From positions 122,577-186,576 of the forward strand of contig CAVQVL010000012.1 of the NCBI GenBank assembly GCA_963717105.1: DNA of 64,000 nucleotides. The letters are read 5' to 3'. Position numbers and translations under genes: made by a program. The notes beneath the pieces were generated by a model. That model saw only the letters and a program-made list of their open reading frames with translations. It searched no databases and was not told where the DNA came from. The stretch's first letter is position 1. Each line of letters begins with the position of its first letter. The DNA is from an uncultured Chloroflexia bacterium (GTDB taxonomy: Bacteria > Chloroflexota > Ktedonobacteria > Ktedonobacterales > Ktedonobacteraceae). Below are positions 9,452 through 20,485 of the stretch, one piece after another.

Positions 9452-10732
9452 GTGGCAAACTCAAAAAACACCCGCACGACCTATCGTTGCTCGTTTTGTG
9501 GCAAGAGTCAGGATCAGGTGCAGCGATTGATCGCCGGGCCTGGGGGCGTCTACATCTGCGATGAATGTATTGACCTCTGCCGGGAAATCATCGAAGAGGA
9601 GCAGGCGACGACGGCAAAACCCCGTCTCCAGACCGGCAAAATGCCCACGCCAAAGAAAATCTACGAGCAACTCAGCCAGTACGTCATTGGGCAGGAGCGT
9701 GCCAAGAAAACGTTGGCGGTGGCAGTCTACAACCATTACAAGCGTATCGGTGTCAACATGCAGATCGACGATGTGGAACTGGCCAAGAGCAATATCCTAA
9801 TGATTGGCCCCACCGGCTGCGGAAAAACATTGCTGGCACAAACGCTGGCAAAGGTGTTGGATGTCCCATTCTGTATCGCCGATGCTACTGCACTGACCGA
9901 AGCGGGCTATGTCGGTGAGGATGTGGAGAATATTTTGCTACGCTTGATCCAGACCGCCGATTTCGATGTGGCACGCGCTGAGCGCGGCATCGTCTATATC
10001 GACGAAATAGATAAGATCGCACGTAAATCCGACAATCCGTCTATCACTCGCGATGTATCGGGTGAAGGAGTGCAACAGGCACTGCTCAAAATCATTGAGG
10101 GAACCATCGCCAATGTCCCTCCACAGGGAGGACGCAAGCACCCGCATCAGGACTTCATTCAGATCAACACGGCCAACATCCTGTTTATCTGCGGCGGTGC
10201 GTTCGAAGGGCTGGACAAAATTGTCGAGCAACGCCTCGGCAGCAACAAGAGCTTTGGCTTTAGAGGCACTACGCCACAAGCGATCGCCGAGAAGAAAGAG
10301 ACCATTCTGACACATATGGTGCCAGATGATTTGCTCAAATACGGCCTCATTCCTGAGTTTGTTGGTCGTTTGCCCGTCGCCGTTTCACTTGACAGCCTGG
10401 ATAAAGAGGCACTGATACGCATCTTGACAGAGCCAAAGAATGCGATTATCAAGCAATACCAGAAATTTATGCAGCTTGATCGAGTCGAGCTAGTCTTCAC
10501 CAATGATGCCCTTGATGCAGCAGCCGAAGGCGCACTCAAACAGCGCACCGGTGCTCGCGGCCTGCGTAGCATCATTGAGGATGTGCTACTCGATGTTATG
10601 TATGAAATTCCGTCGCGAGCAGATGTCAAGAAGGTGATTATCAACGGAGATGTCATCACCTCACACAATAAACCTTTGCTTGTCACCCGCAGCGACCGTT
10701 CAATAGCCTATCCTGAAAATGAGTCTGCATAA
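9452..10732 (+). CDS. clpX: ATP-dependent Clp protease ATP-binding subunit ClpX
   Basis: Zn-finger CSFCGKSQ...CDECIDLC, Walker [18 protein letters not shown]. Start placed at GTG 9452, behind GAGGAAAAGG; the ORF-track start at 9368 is probably too far upstream. Confidence 0.9.
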   Translation: MANSKNTRTTYRCSFCGKSQDQVQRLIAGPGGVYICDECIDLCREIIEEEQATTAKPRLQTGKMPTPKKIYEQLSQYVIGQERAKKTLAVAVYNHYKRIGVNMQIDDVELAKSNILMIGPTGCGKTLLAQTLAKVLDVPFCIADATALTEAGYVGEDVENILLRLIQTADFDVARAERGIVYIDEIDKIARKSDNPSITRDVSGEGVQQALLKIIEGTIANVPPQGGRKHPHQDFIQINTANILFICGGAFEGLDKIVEQRLGSNKSFGFRGTTPQAIAEKKETILTHMVPDDLLKYGLIPEFVGRLPVAVSLDSLDKEALIRILTEPKNAIIKQYQKFMQLDRVELVFTNDALDAAAEGALKQRTGARGLRSIIEDVLLDVMYEIPSRADVKKVIINGDVITSHNKPLLVTRSDRSIAYPENESA

Positions 10733-10790
10733 CGCGGGCTCATCAACTTGTAGGGGGTAGCAGACGAAATAAGGAAGCGAACGGAAACCC

Positions 10791-13440
10791 ATGAGTATAA
10801 ATGAACGCCAGGAAGTATCGCCGGAACTTAGCGAAACTTATCCACTTGTGGCGTTAAAAAGTATGGTGGTGTTTCCGCGCACACGTACCACGCTCGCAGT
10901 TGCACGAGAGAAATCAGTGCGAGCGATTGAAGAGGGCATGATGCGCCCCGACCGCTTACTCATCGCCGTATCCCAGCGCACCCCCGAACTGGAAGACCCG
11001 GAGCCAGGTGATCTTTATCCTATTGGCGCGCTCGTCGAAATTACCACCGTCCACCGCCAACACGACGGCAGCTTACAGGTCTTACTGAGCGGCTTACAAC
11101 GAGTGGAAATTGAGGAGTTCCAGGACCTGGAACCGTTTATGCATGTCCGCGTGCGCATTCCAGCGGAGCCGCAAGGACGTGGACCACAGGTTGATGCACT
11201 GGTTCGCCACGCCACTAACTTGTTCGAACACTATGCACAACTCAACCGCCGCTACTCGGTCGAGGATATCACCTCCATCGTCGCTATTAAAAATGCTGCC
11301 CGCCTCTCGGATATGCTGGCCGCCCATCTCGTTACCGATGTACAGCAGCAGCAAAACTTGCTGGAGACGTTCGACCCTCTGGAACGTCTGGAAAAAATTT
11401 GCGTCATTATGGGCAACGAAATTGAGATTCTCGAACTCGAATCATCTATTCGCAACCGCGTACGTTCGCAGGTAGACCGTTCACAGAAAGAATTTTACTT
11501 GCGCGAACAATTGCGTGCCATCCAGGAAGAATTAGGGCTGGACACATCCTCAGAGGCAGATGAGCTGCGCGCAAAACTGAATGAGAAAACGCTACCAGTC
11601 GCAGTTTCGACAAAAATACGCAAAGAGATTGACCGCCTGGAAAACACACCGGCACAATCAGCGGAGATAGCCGTGTTGCGTTCATACATCGATTGGGTGC
11701 TGGCTCTTCCGTGGACAGAACGCACCGAGGACCGTTTTGATATTGAACTTACACGCCGCATCCTGGATGAAGACCACTACGGGCTGGAAAATATTAAGGA
11801 GCGCATTATAGACTTTCTGGCGGTGCGCCAGTTACGCCGACAGTTAGCCAATCGAGGTGGACGCAATAGCAGTGAGAGTCAGGGACAGAATTCTCTGCTT
11901 CATTGGCCCTCCTGGTGTTGGTAAAACCTCACTGGGCCGCTCGATTGCGCACGCACTGGGAAGGAAATTCGCCCGTATTTCGCTGGGCGGCGTCCACGAC
12001 GAAGCCGAGATTCGTGGACATCGCCGTACCTACGTCGGTGCCTTGCCCGGACGTATCATTCAATCTATGAAAACTGTTGGCGTGCGTAATCCCGTCTTCT
12101 TGCTTGATGAGATTGACAAACTCTCGGCGGAGTATCACGGCGACCCGGCGGCAGCCCTGCTTGAGGTGCTTGACCCAGAGCAGAATAATAGCTTTACCGA
12201 TCACTATCTGGAAATCCCTTATGACCTATCCGAGGTCTTTTTTATCTGTACGGGCAACGTGAAGTATCAGATACCGCGTGCCCTGGCGGATCGCATGGAT
12301 ATCATTGACCTGCAGGGCTACATGTTTGAAGAAAAAGTCAACATTGGCTTGCGCCATCTCCTGCCAAAAGTGCTGAACGAACATGGCTTGACCGCCGACC
12401 AGTTGAAAATTTCGCAAACCGTCATGCAACACATTGTCAGCGATTACACGAGAGAGGCCGGCGTGCGCAACCTGGAACGCCAACTGGCGACAATTTGCCG
12501 CAAAGCGGCGCGACGCATCATCGAAAAGCCGAAAACGCACCTGCGGCTCACTACACACAGCCTGGAACACTATCTCGGTGCGCCACGTTACAGCACCACT
12601 CCAATCACGCACAATACACAGGTCGGCGTAGCCATGGGATTGGCAGTCACCGAGAACGGCGGTATTCTGCTACCGGTCGAGGTAGCAACGATGCCTGGCA
12701 AAGGCGACTTGCTGGTCACAGGCCAACTGGGCGATATCATGCGTGAGTCAGCGATTGCCGGCCTATCCTATATCCGTTCGCGCACCGACGAACTAGGCAT
12801 TGATATCAATTTCCAGGATGCGACCGACCTGCATATCCACCTGCCGGAGAACGCCATTCCAAAGGATGGCCCATCCGCCGGCATCACCATCACCACCGCC
12901 CTCATTTCGGCACTCACCTATCGCCCCATCCGCGACAACCTCGCTATGACCGGCGAGATTACGTTGCGCGGGCGCGTGCTGGGCATCGGCGGCCTCAAGG
13001 AAAAAGTGCTTGCGGCCCATCAGGCCAACATTTATAACCTGATTGTCCCATTGGAAAATCAGAAGGATATTGCCGAGATTCCGCTAAAAATTAGCAAGAG
13101 CATGCATTTTACCTTCGTAGACACGATGGATCAGGTCGTGCAAGCTGCTTTGCTCGACGCTCCACCAGAAAGTCAAACAGAAAATCAAATGCCTGCAGAC
13201 GAACAAAGACAGCTTGAGCTACCTGAGCCACGTCCATTGCATGTGGACGAGCGGCTCCCACTTACTCGTGACCTACCTGGACGCCGCACAGGCATAGCGG
13301 GAATGAATACTGATGACCAGCTCGACAATGATGTGACCGAACGCAACGAACGCGAACCGGGAACATTCCACATTATTCCTGACGAGCATAATACACACGA
13401 TTCCTATCCCCCTATGCGAGCGCAAGACCCTGAACACTAA
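10791..13440 (+). CDS. lon: Lon protease, reading frame interrupted once (shift between 11848 and ~11885)
   Basis: The Lon N-domain ORF (10791-11924) is followed in another frame by ILCFIGPPGVGKTSLGRSIA (Walker A) and the protease domain PKDGPSAGITITTAL. The second frame is closed by TAG at 11845-11847, so a shift is required. Confidence 0.85.
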
Positions 13441-13813
13441 GCGTCTGCTGGACAATGAACTCGATAACCACGAGGACGTCCAGCCCCATTGTCTGACAGA
13501 TCGATACCGTACTTTTGCACCCTTTGCACGTTGTAAATAAAAGGTGGATTTGCCCATGCTGCCAACTGCGGTCATTGCGATAGCTATCCACTCTGCTGGT
13601 ATTCAAGAAAACGGTAAAATTACCGATGATAATGTGAGCTAGATGCTTCACAAAGACAACCTTTCCATGTATACTACGTATAACATTACGTAAGAAATGT
13701 GACTTCGAGACCAGTATCTGAATACAAAAACTTTCGTGAAGTTTATTAAAAAACGATTGAAAGTACTTCTTTTGTGAAAATGGTCTTGTAGATTTCAGAA
13801 ATGAGGGAATATC

Positions 13814-14506
13814 ATGAGTTGGGATCCCAATCAGCCAAACCAGGGGCAAAACCCCCAGAACCCCAATCAAGGCAGTCAATACGGTGCCGGCTATGGCAGT
13901 GAGTATGGTCAACAACCAATGCAGCCACCACCACCAACTGACCCCTATAGCCAGCAAGGCCCATATGGACAATCCGGGCAACCCGGGCAACCCGGCGGAC
14001 AGCCAGACTATAGTCAATCCGGTCAGCCCGGCTATGGTCAGTCCAGCTATGGCCAACCCGGCTACGGTCAGCAACAGCAATATAGCGGCTACCAGCAAAA
14101 CCCATACGCGACGCCGCCAATGGGTGGTGCTTCCGCGTTTGGCGCAAGCACAATGGGTATGGACCCCAAGACAGCAGCAGGACTAAGCTATCTTGGTATA
14201 TGGATCACAGGTATCATCTTCTTCCTATTGGAGAAGCAGAATCGCTTTGTGCGTTTCCATGCGATGCAGTCCATACTTTTCTTCGGCGGTATCGTAGTAC
14301 TGTCCATCATTCTAGGGTTTGCGATCAACATTACTCCCGGCTTTTTGTCATTAGGGCTTCTTTGCCTCAACTGGATAGTAGGCCTGGCCGGCTTTGTTGG
14401 CTGGATCGTGCTGATGATCAATGCCTTCCAGGGTAAGTACTTCAAATTGCCGGTCATTGGAGATTATGCTGAACGGTACGCGAACCAGAACTCCTTAAAT
14501 TTATAA
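13814..14506 (+). CDS. DUF4870-like small membrane protein with a Q/G/P/Y-rich disordered N-terminus (paralogue 1)
   Basis: Low-complexity N-terminal half (GQPGYGQSSYGQPGYGQQQQY), then GMDPKTAAGLSYLG...EKQNRFVRFHAMQS and C-terminal FQGKYFKLPVIGDYAERY. Confidence 0.7.
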   Translation: MSWDPNQPNQGQNPQNPNQGSQYGAGYGSEYGQQPMQPPPPTDPYSQQGPYGQSGQPGQPGGQPDYSQSGQPGYGQSSYGQPGYGQQQQYSGYQQNPYATPPMGGASAFGASTMGMDPKTAAGLSYLGIWITGIIFFLLEKQNRFVRFHAMQSILFFGGIVVLSIILGFAINITPGFLSLGLLCLNWIVGLAGFVGWIVLMINAFQGKYFKLPVIGDYAERYANQNSLNL

Positions 14507-14525
14507 GCATCGGAGGAAAACAATC

Positions 14526-15137
14526 ATGAGTTGGAATCCTAATCCTGGACAGGACCCAAATCCACAGGGTCAGTACGGCGGCTATAATCCACCACCGGCA
14601 GGCGGGCAGCCTGGGCAGCCTGGGCAGCCTGGTTACCAGTATAACGCTTACAATCAACCCCCAAATGCAGGGCAACCGGGCTATCAGTATAACGCCTACG
14701 GTCAGCCGGGCTACCAGCCACCACCGAGAACCGCCAGCCCGCTTGGGCCGAGTTCTATCGGTATGGACCCCAAGATTGCCGCCGGTCTTGGCTACCTTAT
14801 CGGTATCATTGGCCTCATTTTCTTCTTCATTGAGAAGCAGAATCGTTTCGTAAAGTTTAACTCCTTGCAGGCCATCTTCCTGCACTTTGGCGTTGGAATC
14901 GTGGAAACTATTCTGCTCATTCCGTACTTTATCCTCGTGGTAGCTGCAGCTTCAGGCTCAGGATTTGCGGGTACCCTGGTACTCTTGTTTGCTTGCCTTA
15001 TGGGCCTCCTGGGTATTGCCTGGTTTGTTGGCTGGCTGGTAGCCATGATTTAGGCTTTCCAGGGCAAGTACTTCAAATTCCCCCTTATTGGCGACTGGGC
15101 CGAGAGGATTGTTAATAAATCACCTGGGCTGGTCTAA
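14526..15137 (+). CDS. DUF4870-like membrane protein (paralogue 2) carrying an in-frame TAG at 15051-15053
   Basis: The ORF-track ORF stops at TAG 15053, yet the same frame continues AFQGKYFKFPLIGDWAER to TAA 15135-15137. This matches the C-terminus of paralogue 1, and a long hairpin follows 2 nt later. Confidence 0.65.
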
Positions 15138-15138
15138 A

Positions 15139-15216
15139 TTTGCCGTAGTAAACAAGACATGGGAAGCACCAGTGGCGTGCCACTGGTGCTTCCCATGTCT
15201 TGTTTACTACGGCAAA
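15139..15216. terminator. Perfect 38-bp-stem hairpin (2-nt loop)
   Basis: 15139-15176 is the reverse complement of 15179-15216. Confidence 0.7.
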
Positions 15217-15353
15217 CCCTCTAACTTTTAGTACGCTGACTCGTACATGTTTATAGTGACGAATGCATATTGAAACCTGTGGGTGTAAGAGGATACAATA
15301 CAAAGAACCTCACATCATTAGCGGGTCGCATTCAGGCAGAAAGAGAAACAGCT

Positions 15354-15980
15354 ATGAGCAGCAATTATAATTCAGAAGAAGATGATCAGGGCCAGCAAGG
15401 CGGATATACCGGTTATCGTGGCAATACAGCAAAGCAGCAACGACGTCCGTATAGTTACTCGGCGGAGCAACAGCAAGCGCAAGATTTCGGCTACGGCACC
15501 GGAACGCGTCCGGCAGGACAGCAACAACAACAACAGCAGCAACAACAGTATGGGCAGCGAAGCAAAGGCGCGTATCAACCGCCGCGCAGTGCCGCGAGAG
15601 GAACGTCGCCAGTTGACTCTACCTCAACCGGCTTGAACGCCCGCATGGAGGCACTGCTCAGTTACCTGCTCGGGTGGGTCACCGGCCTGATCTTTTTCGT
15701 CGTCGAACGCAAAAATAAGTATGTGCGCTTCCATGCCATCCAATCGTTTCTCTACTTTGGATCGTTGGCGATTATCTTAGGTATACTCAAGGTTGTAGGT
15801 GGCTTTCTCGGCTCCATTTTCTTGATCGGCTTCGTGCTGGGCTTCATCTTCAATGTTGCCATCTTCCTTGTCGGCTTCATCGTCTTCGTGAGTTGGCTCT
15901 ACCTGATGATACAAGCCTATCGGGGCAAAAAGCCCAAAGTACCGTTCTTCGGTGATTTTGCCGAACGTTTCAGCCGATAA
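15354..15980 (+). CDS. DUF4870-like membrane protein with a poly-Q N-terminus (paralogue 3)
   Basis: ATG 15354 preferred over the TTG at 15270. Q10 run, then EALLSYLLGWVTGLIFFVVERKNKYVRFHAIQS and PFFGDFAERF. Confidence 0.7.
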   Translation: MSSNYNSEEDDQGQQGGYTGYRGNTAKQQRRPYSYSAEQQQAQDFGYGTGTRPAGQQQQQQQQQQYGQRSKGAYQPPRSAARGTSPVDSTSTGLNARMEALLSYLLGWVTGLIFFVVERKNKYVRFHAIQSFLYFGSLAIILGILKVVGGFLGSIFLIGFVLGFIFNVAIFLVGFIVFVSWLYLMIQAYRGKKPKVPFFGDFAERFSR

Positions 15981-16066
15981 CATTTGCCCAGTCAGATAAA
16001 ACGGAAACAGGCATGGCGCGATGCGCCATGCCTGTTTCCGTTTTATCTGACTGGGCAAATGTTATC
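15976..16066. terminator. Perfect 44-bp-stem hairpin (3-nt loop) containing the TAA stop of the upstream gene
   Basis: 15976-16019 is the reverse complement of 16023-16066. Confidence 0.7.
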
Positions 16067-16151
16067 CTGAATTGCCACACACCATCCACTATGCTATACT
16101 TGCCCTCGGATACATAGATATATGTAGAGCGGAAGGGAGAACATACCCATC

Positions 16152-16715
16152 ATGGCTTACGATACAACAAATATGCAGAATCCATTTATTGTCGGGGAAC
16201 GCATCTACCTGCGACCGTTGGAGCCTGCCCAGGATAATCACGCTTACTCCACCTGGATGAACAATGAAGACATTCGCCGCTATTTCTCTATTTACCCCAC
16301 CAGCGACACTCGCGGCAAGGAGCGGCTGGAGCAACTGTACCGCGATGGGCGGCACATTATTTTTGGCGTGGCCCTCAACGAGGATAACACGCTGATTGGT
16401 CTCGTTGGCCTCAAGGATATCAATTATATCAACCAGACGGCGGAATTCTATGTCATTATTGGCGATCCCAAAGGCTGGGGCAAAGGCTACGGCACCGAGG
16501 CCACAAAGCTGATGCTGCGCTATGGTTTTCTGGAACTGAACCTCAACCGCATCCAGACACAGGATATGGAAGACAACATTGGAGGCTGGCGAGCCGATGA
16601 GAAGGCCGGTTTCAAGTACGAGGGAACGCTGCGCGAGGATATCCTGCGTTTCGGCAAATACTCGGACGTGCGTGTCTACAGCATCCTCAGGCGCGAATAT
16701 TTGGAACAACAATAA
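16152..16715 (+). CDS. GNAT-family N-acetyltransferase (RimJ/RimL-like)
   Basis: 187-aa ORF with IIGDPKGWGKGYGTEATKLMLRYGFLELNLNRI, the acetyl-CoA binding region of GNAT enzymes. Confidence 0.8.
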   Translation: MAYDTTNMQNPFIVGERIYLRPLEPAQDNHAYSTWMNNEDIRRYFSIYPTSDTRGKERLEQLYRDGRHIIFGVALNEDNTLIGLVGLKDINYINQTAEFYVIIGDPKGWGKGYGTEATKLMLRYGFLELNLNRIQTQDMEDNIGGWRADEKAGFKYEGTLREDILRFGKYSDVRVYSILRREYLEQQ

Positions 16716-16716
16716 T

Positions 16717-17822
16717 ATGACGATTACCGTTCAAGAAATTACTGACCGCGAGCAGTGGGACACGTTTCTCACGAGCCAGCCGCGGGGCCACTTGCTGCAA
16801 TCATACGAGTGGGGCGAGCTGAATAAATATCTCGGCGGGCGCATCTACCGGCTCGGCGCACTGGACAACGGACGCATGGTGGGCGCGATGATGCTCACGG
16901 TCGCACAGGTTCCATTACCCTCGTCGGTGCCGGTGCGTTTCGAGTGGCTATATTGCACTCGCGGCCCCACCGTCGAGCAGCCGGATTCCCCGGCACTCGC
17001 CGCGCTGATCGAACACGCCCATGCGATTGCGCGTAAAGAACATGCCGTGGTGTTGCGCCTGGAACCAAATATCGCCGACGATGACCCCAGATATGGACGC
17101 CTGGATTGCCGCCTATCGCGCCCTGGGCTTCCATATAAACCCTATCGCAGTCCACGGTCGCCGCAGCTGGGTGCTGGATATTCGCCCAGGCGCGGAACAA
17201 TTGCTCGCTGACTTCAAGATGACGTGGCGGCAGAACGTGCGCAGTGCCGAACGTAAGAGCGTGATCATCCGCGAAGTCGAGAGCGAGGCCGATTTCGACG
17301 CCTACTACAATCTGCTCAAAATCACCAGCGAGCGCGACGCTTTTTTTATACACGACAAAGACTATCACAAAGAGATTTTGCGCGAGTTCAAAAGTAAGGG
17401 TGATGCCGTTCTCTACCTCGCCGAACACGAGGGCGAGGCCATCGCCGCCAAAATGCTGATTCGCTTTGGCGACTGGTGCTGGGACATGTTCGGAGCCACC
17501 TCCAACAATAAACGCAACCTGAAACCAGCCTACCTGTTGCAGTATCGCTGCATCCAGTGGGCGCAAGCGCGGGGATGCAGCTACTTCGATTTCCGCACCA
17601 TTCCCGAAATACTGGAGCCGGGCGAAGAGATGTGGGGTGTCTACGAATACAAAAAGGGCTTCGGCGGCTTCTCGCGCCTGAACATCCCCACGCAAGATTA
17701 CATCTATCGCCCGCTCATCTACAATGCCTGGCGTACGCTTCGTCGAAATGCGCCGCGCCCGCCGCCATACCGAACGCAAAAAAATCGAACTGGAACGTAT
17801 AGCGCGTGGCAAAAATCAATAA
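16717..17822 (+). CDS. FemAB-family peptidoglycan peptide-bridge transferase (copy 1), frame broken near 17090 and probably again near 17740
   Basis: MTITVQEITDREQWDTFL...SYEWGELN (frame 1) continues as DMDAWIAAYRALGF...FGATSNNKRNLKPAYLLQY...GVYEYKKGFGG (frame 2). A third frame gives EMRRARRHTERKKIELERIARGKNQ ending at TAA 17820-17822, directly before a hairpin. Confidence 0.7.
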
Positions 17823-17825
17823 CCC

Positions 17826-17851
17826 GTAGGAGCCGGTGAACCGGCTCCTAC
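17826..17851. terminator. 11-bp-stem hairpin GTAGGAGCCGG-TGAA-CCGGCTCCTAC
   Basis: Seen directly. It sits 4 nt after the proposed stop of FemAB copy 1. Confidence 0.5.
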
Positions 17852-17916
17852 AGGATTCATCGCGTCCATCGCCGATTATATCGGTTATACAGATCATTAC
17901 AAGAGGAAACATATAC

Positions 17917-18981
17917 ATGCAAGCGCAAATCATCACCGACCGGCAGCTATGGAACGAGTTCGTGGCGGCATCGGTCTGTTGCAATATCACACAATCATAT
18001 GAGTGGGGCGAACTGGCCCCGCACCTGGGAGCCGAGGCGATGCACGCGGGCGTTCTAGACGACGATGGTCAACTATGCGCGGCTATGCTCGTACTGATTT
18101 CGCCCATTCCTGTACTGAAGCGGCTTTATTTCTACGCCCCGCGTGGCCCGGTGATAGATGACCCGGCCTCGCCCGCGCTGACAATGCTGTTCAATTTCGT
18201 CAAGGCCGAGGCACGCAAACGCGGTGCCTTTATGCTCAAGGTCGAGCCGAGCGTTCCCGATGGCGATATACGCTGGCGAGCGGCACTTCTACGGCGCGAC
18301 TTTCGCGCCACACCTTATGCCAGTCATGTGCGCCACGAGTGGGTACTGGATATCCGGCCCGACGAAAAAACGCTGCTGGCAGGTATGAAGGAGAAGTGGC
18401 GTTACAATATTCGTCTGGCGGGTCGTAAAGGCGTCGTCGTGCGCCGCGGCGAGGGTCAGGCCGACATTGATACCTTCTACCGCATCTACGAAACGACGAG
18501 CGAGCGCGACCAGTTCTTCATTCACAGCAAAGCCCACTACGAGGATGTTATGCGCCTGTACAGCGAGGGCGACCGGGCAGCGCTCTTCCTGGCGGAATAC
18601 GAGGGCAAGGCCATCGCTGGTCTCATCGTCCTGCGCCTGGGCCACTGGAGCTGGTATATGTATGGCGCGTCCTCCAACGAGCAGCGCAACCTCATGCCCA
18701 ACCACCTCTTGCAATGGACGGCCATGCAGTGGGCAAAGTCCCACGATTGCTGGTACTACAACTTCCGCGGCATCCCCGACGACCTGACCGAAAACGAGGG
18801 CCACGAGCAGCGCGAACTATGGGGCGTCTACACCTTCAAACGCGGCTTCGGCGGCTACGCCATCCGCTCCCTCGAAACGCATGACCTCCCCTACCAACCC
18901 CTCGTCTACGAAGCCTACCGCCGTTTGCTCGATGTGAAACGCTGGCGCGACGAGCGGAGAAAAGCATATGTAGGACAGTAG
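17917..18981 (+). CDS. FemAB-family peptidoglycan peptide-bridge transferase (copy 2, intact)
   Basis: ATG 17917 behind AAGAGGAAAC. Colinear with copy 1 (SYEWGEL, YGASSNEQRNLMPNHLLQW, GVYTFKRGFGG). Confidence 0.8.
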   Translation: MQAQIITDRQLWNEFVAASVCCNITQSYEWGELAPHLGAEAMHAGVLDDDGQLCAAMLVLISPIPVLKRLYFYAPRGPVIDDPASPALTMLFNFVKAEARKRGAFMLKVEPSVPDGDIRWRAALLRRDFRATPYASHVRHEWVLDIRPDEKTLLAGMKEKWRYNIRLAGRKGVVVRRGEGQADIDTFYRIYETTSERDQFFIHSKAHYEDVMRLYSEGDRAALFLAEYEGKAIAGLIVLRLGHWSWYMYGASSNEQRNLMPNHLLQWTAMQWAKSHDCWYYNFRGIPDDLTENEGHEQRELWGVYTFKRGFGGYAIRSLETHDLPYQPLVYEAYRRLLDVKRWRDERRKAYVGQ

Positions 18982-19015
18982 AATAGAGACTCGACATTGC
19001 TGCGCTCGTCGAGGT

Positions 19016-19089
19016 GGGCGCGCTAAAGCGGACCACTACAGTGCCTGGGTACGCCTGCAAACACTGTAGTGGTCCGCTTTAGCGCACCC
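19016..19089. terminator. Long hairpin (perfect 24-bp core 19020-19043 / 19062-19085, imperfect outer extensions reaching 18994-19110)
   Basis: Core arms are exact reverse complements. Outer segments ACATTGCT and CGCTCGT pair again further out. Confidence 0.6.
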
Positions 19090-19502
19090 AGGCACGAGCG
19101 GTAGCAATGTGCCAGTCAGCCCATGTATTCCCAGTTCTATTTGTTCATGCGCATTATCGCGCCCGCGTCCTGAGCCAACAATAGACGCAAATTTGGGAGA
19201 GAGTAGTGGGTGTAGCGGGTGTAGTGGGTAAAAATATTTGACGATGGTGGAGGGCGTCCATCCTCTTGTTGCAATGCTACGGCTTTCATTTCATACAAAT
19301 GATACGACAGGTTCTTATAATATGCAGAAAAGATAGATAGTTATGTAAAAGAGCTATTGTATTGTATTATGCATAGAGTTTGTGTTATACTCAGAAATAA
19401 AATTTAGGGACCTGTGTAGCGCGGTAATAATTCTTCCATTCCTTCCAACGAACGCAGTGAAATCGAAGTGCCTGGCGAAACTTGAAGAATAGTGAGGATG
19501 CT

Positions 19503-20373
19503 ATGTCAACGTTCAATGATCCACCGTCCGATCTCACAAAAAGCACTTATGTGCTGGATGCCAGTGACCCGGCTGAAATTATTCGCCTGGTGTACCAGGA
19601 CCAACTTCTGACACAACATCTGGGTGGTTTGTTTCCCGAACAGCCTGATCTTCTCTCATGTTCATGATCTGCTTGACATTGCCTGTGGCTCCGGCAATTG
19701 GGCACTGCAAGTGGCACAGGCCTATCCCCACATTGAGGTGACCGGCATAGACCTCAACACCCAGATGATTCTGTATGCCCGCGCCCACGCCTTGCTTGAA
19801 GGATTGCCCAATGCCCAATTCCTGTTGATGGATGCGCTCAAACCGCTCGACTTTCCCGATCACTCCTTCGATCTGGTCAACGCCCGTCTCCTGTTGGCCT
19901 TCATGCCGCCAGCGGCATGGCCCCGGTTGTTGCAAGAATGTGTCAGAATTACTCGTCCAGGCGGTATTATTCGCCTGACAGAGTCGGAATATGGCCTGAG
20001 CAATAGTCCGGCCTGCGAACACATTGGGGAGCTTTGTACACAGGCGTTGAAAGTTGCCGGGCAAAGCTTTTCGCCTGATGGACGGCATGTTGGCATTACA
20101 CCGATGCTCGGACAATTTTTGCGCGAAGCTGGTTGTCGAAACATCAGGCATTTCGCCTCCGCCCTCGATTATTCGGCGGGAACGGCGGTGCATGACATTA
20201 TGTACCAGAACACTGTAAATACACTCCAGTCAGTACAGCCATTTCTCATCAGGTGTGGACTCACAACGCAGGAAGCGATCACCGCCCTCTACCAGCAAGT
20301 ATTGCAAGAGATGCGTGCCGCTGGTTTTTGTGCTATCGAGTTTTTTTTGACGGTCTGGGGTGAACGCCCATAG
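19503..20373 (+). CDS. Class I SAM-dependent methyltransferase, frame broken between 19624 and 19667
   Basis: N-terminal ORF (MSTFNDPPSDL...LTQHLGG) runs into the second-frame ORF with LLDIACGSGNWA (motif I) and RPGGIIRL. Confidence 0.75.
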
Positions 20374-20485
20374 TACACCAGCAGCCTTCATCTTGATACA
20401 GAGACGGATACTGGCAGTTGTGAAAACATCGGTGTTTTCCTACTGGAAGAGCGGCAGAACAAGATGAGGAAGGAATGCAAGGCGC

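Noticed and set aside
13412-14098. 228-aa minus-strand ORF.
   Set aside because: It is antisense to the low-complexity N-terminus of DUF4870 paralogue 1 and crosses the lon 3' end. The repetitive LT(I/G)AGL sequence is a mirror of the GQPGY repeats.
15051-15053. TAG recoding (pyrrolysine or programmed readthrough) in the DUF4870 paralogue.
   Set aside because: TAG is used as an ordinary stop by other genes in the window (the PPIase at 3009-3011 and fabI at 63168-63170). No pyl genes or PYLIS-like context are seen. A CAG to TAG mutation or a read error is simpler.
16089-17812. Long minus-strand ORFs 16089-16712 and 16895-17812.
   Set aside because: They are antisense to the GNAT and FemAB genes, which have clear family motifs. 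These are typical GC-rich shadow frames.
19190-19480. AT-rich region with a GTAG(Y)GGGT x3 mini-repeat (about 19205-19231) upstream of the methyltransferase.
   Set aside because: It is too short and degenerate to assign a function. It probably reflects a promoter or spacer region.
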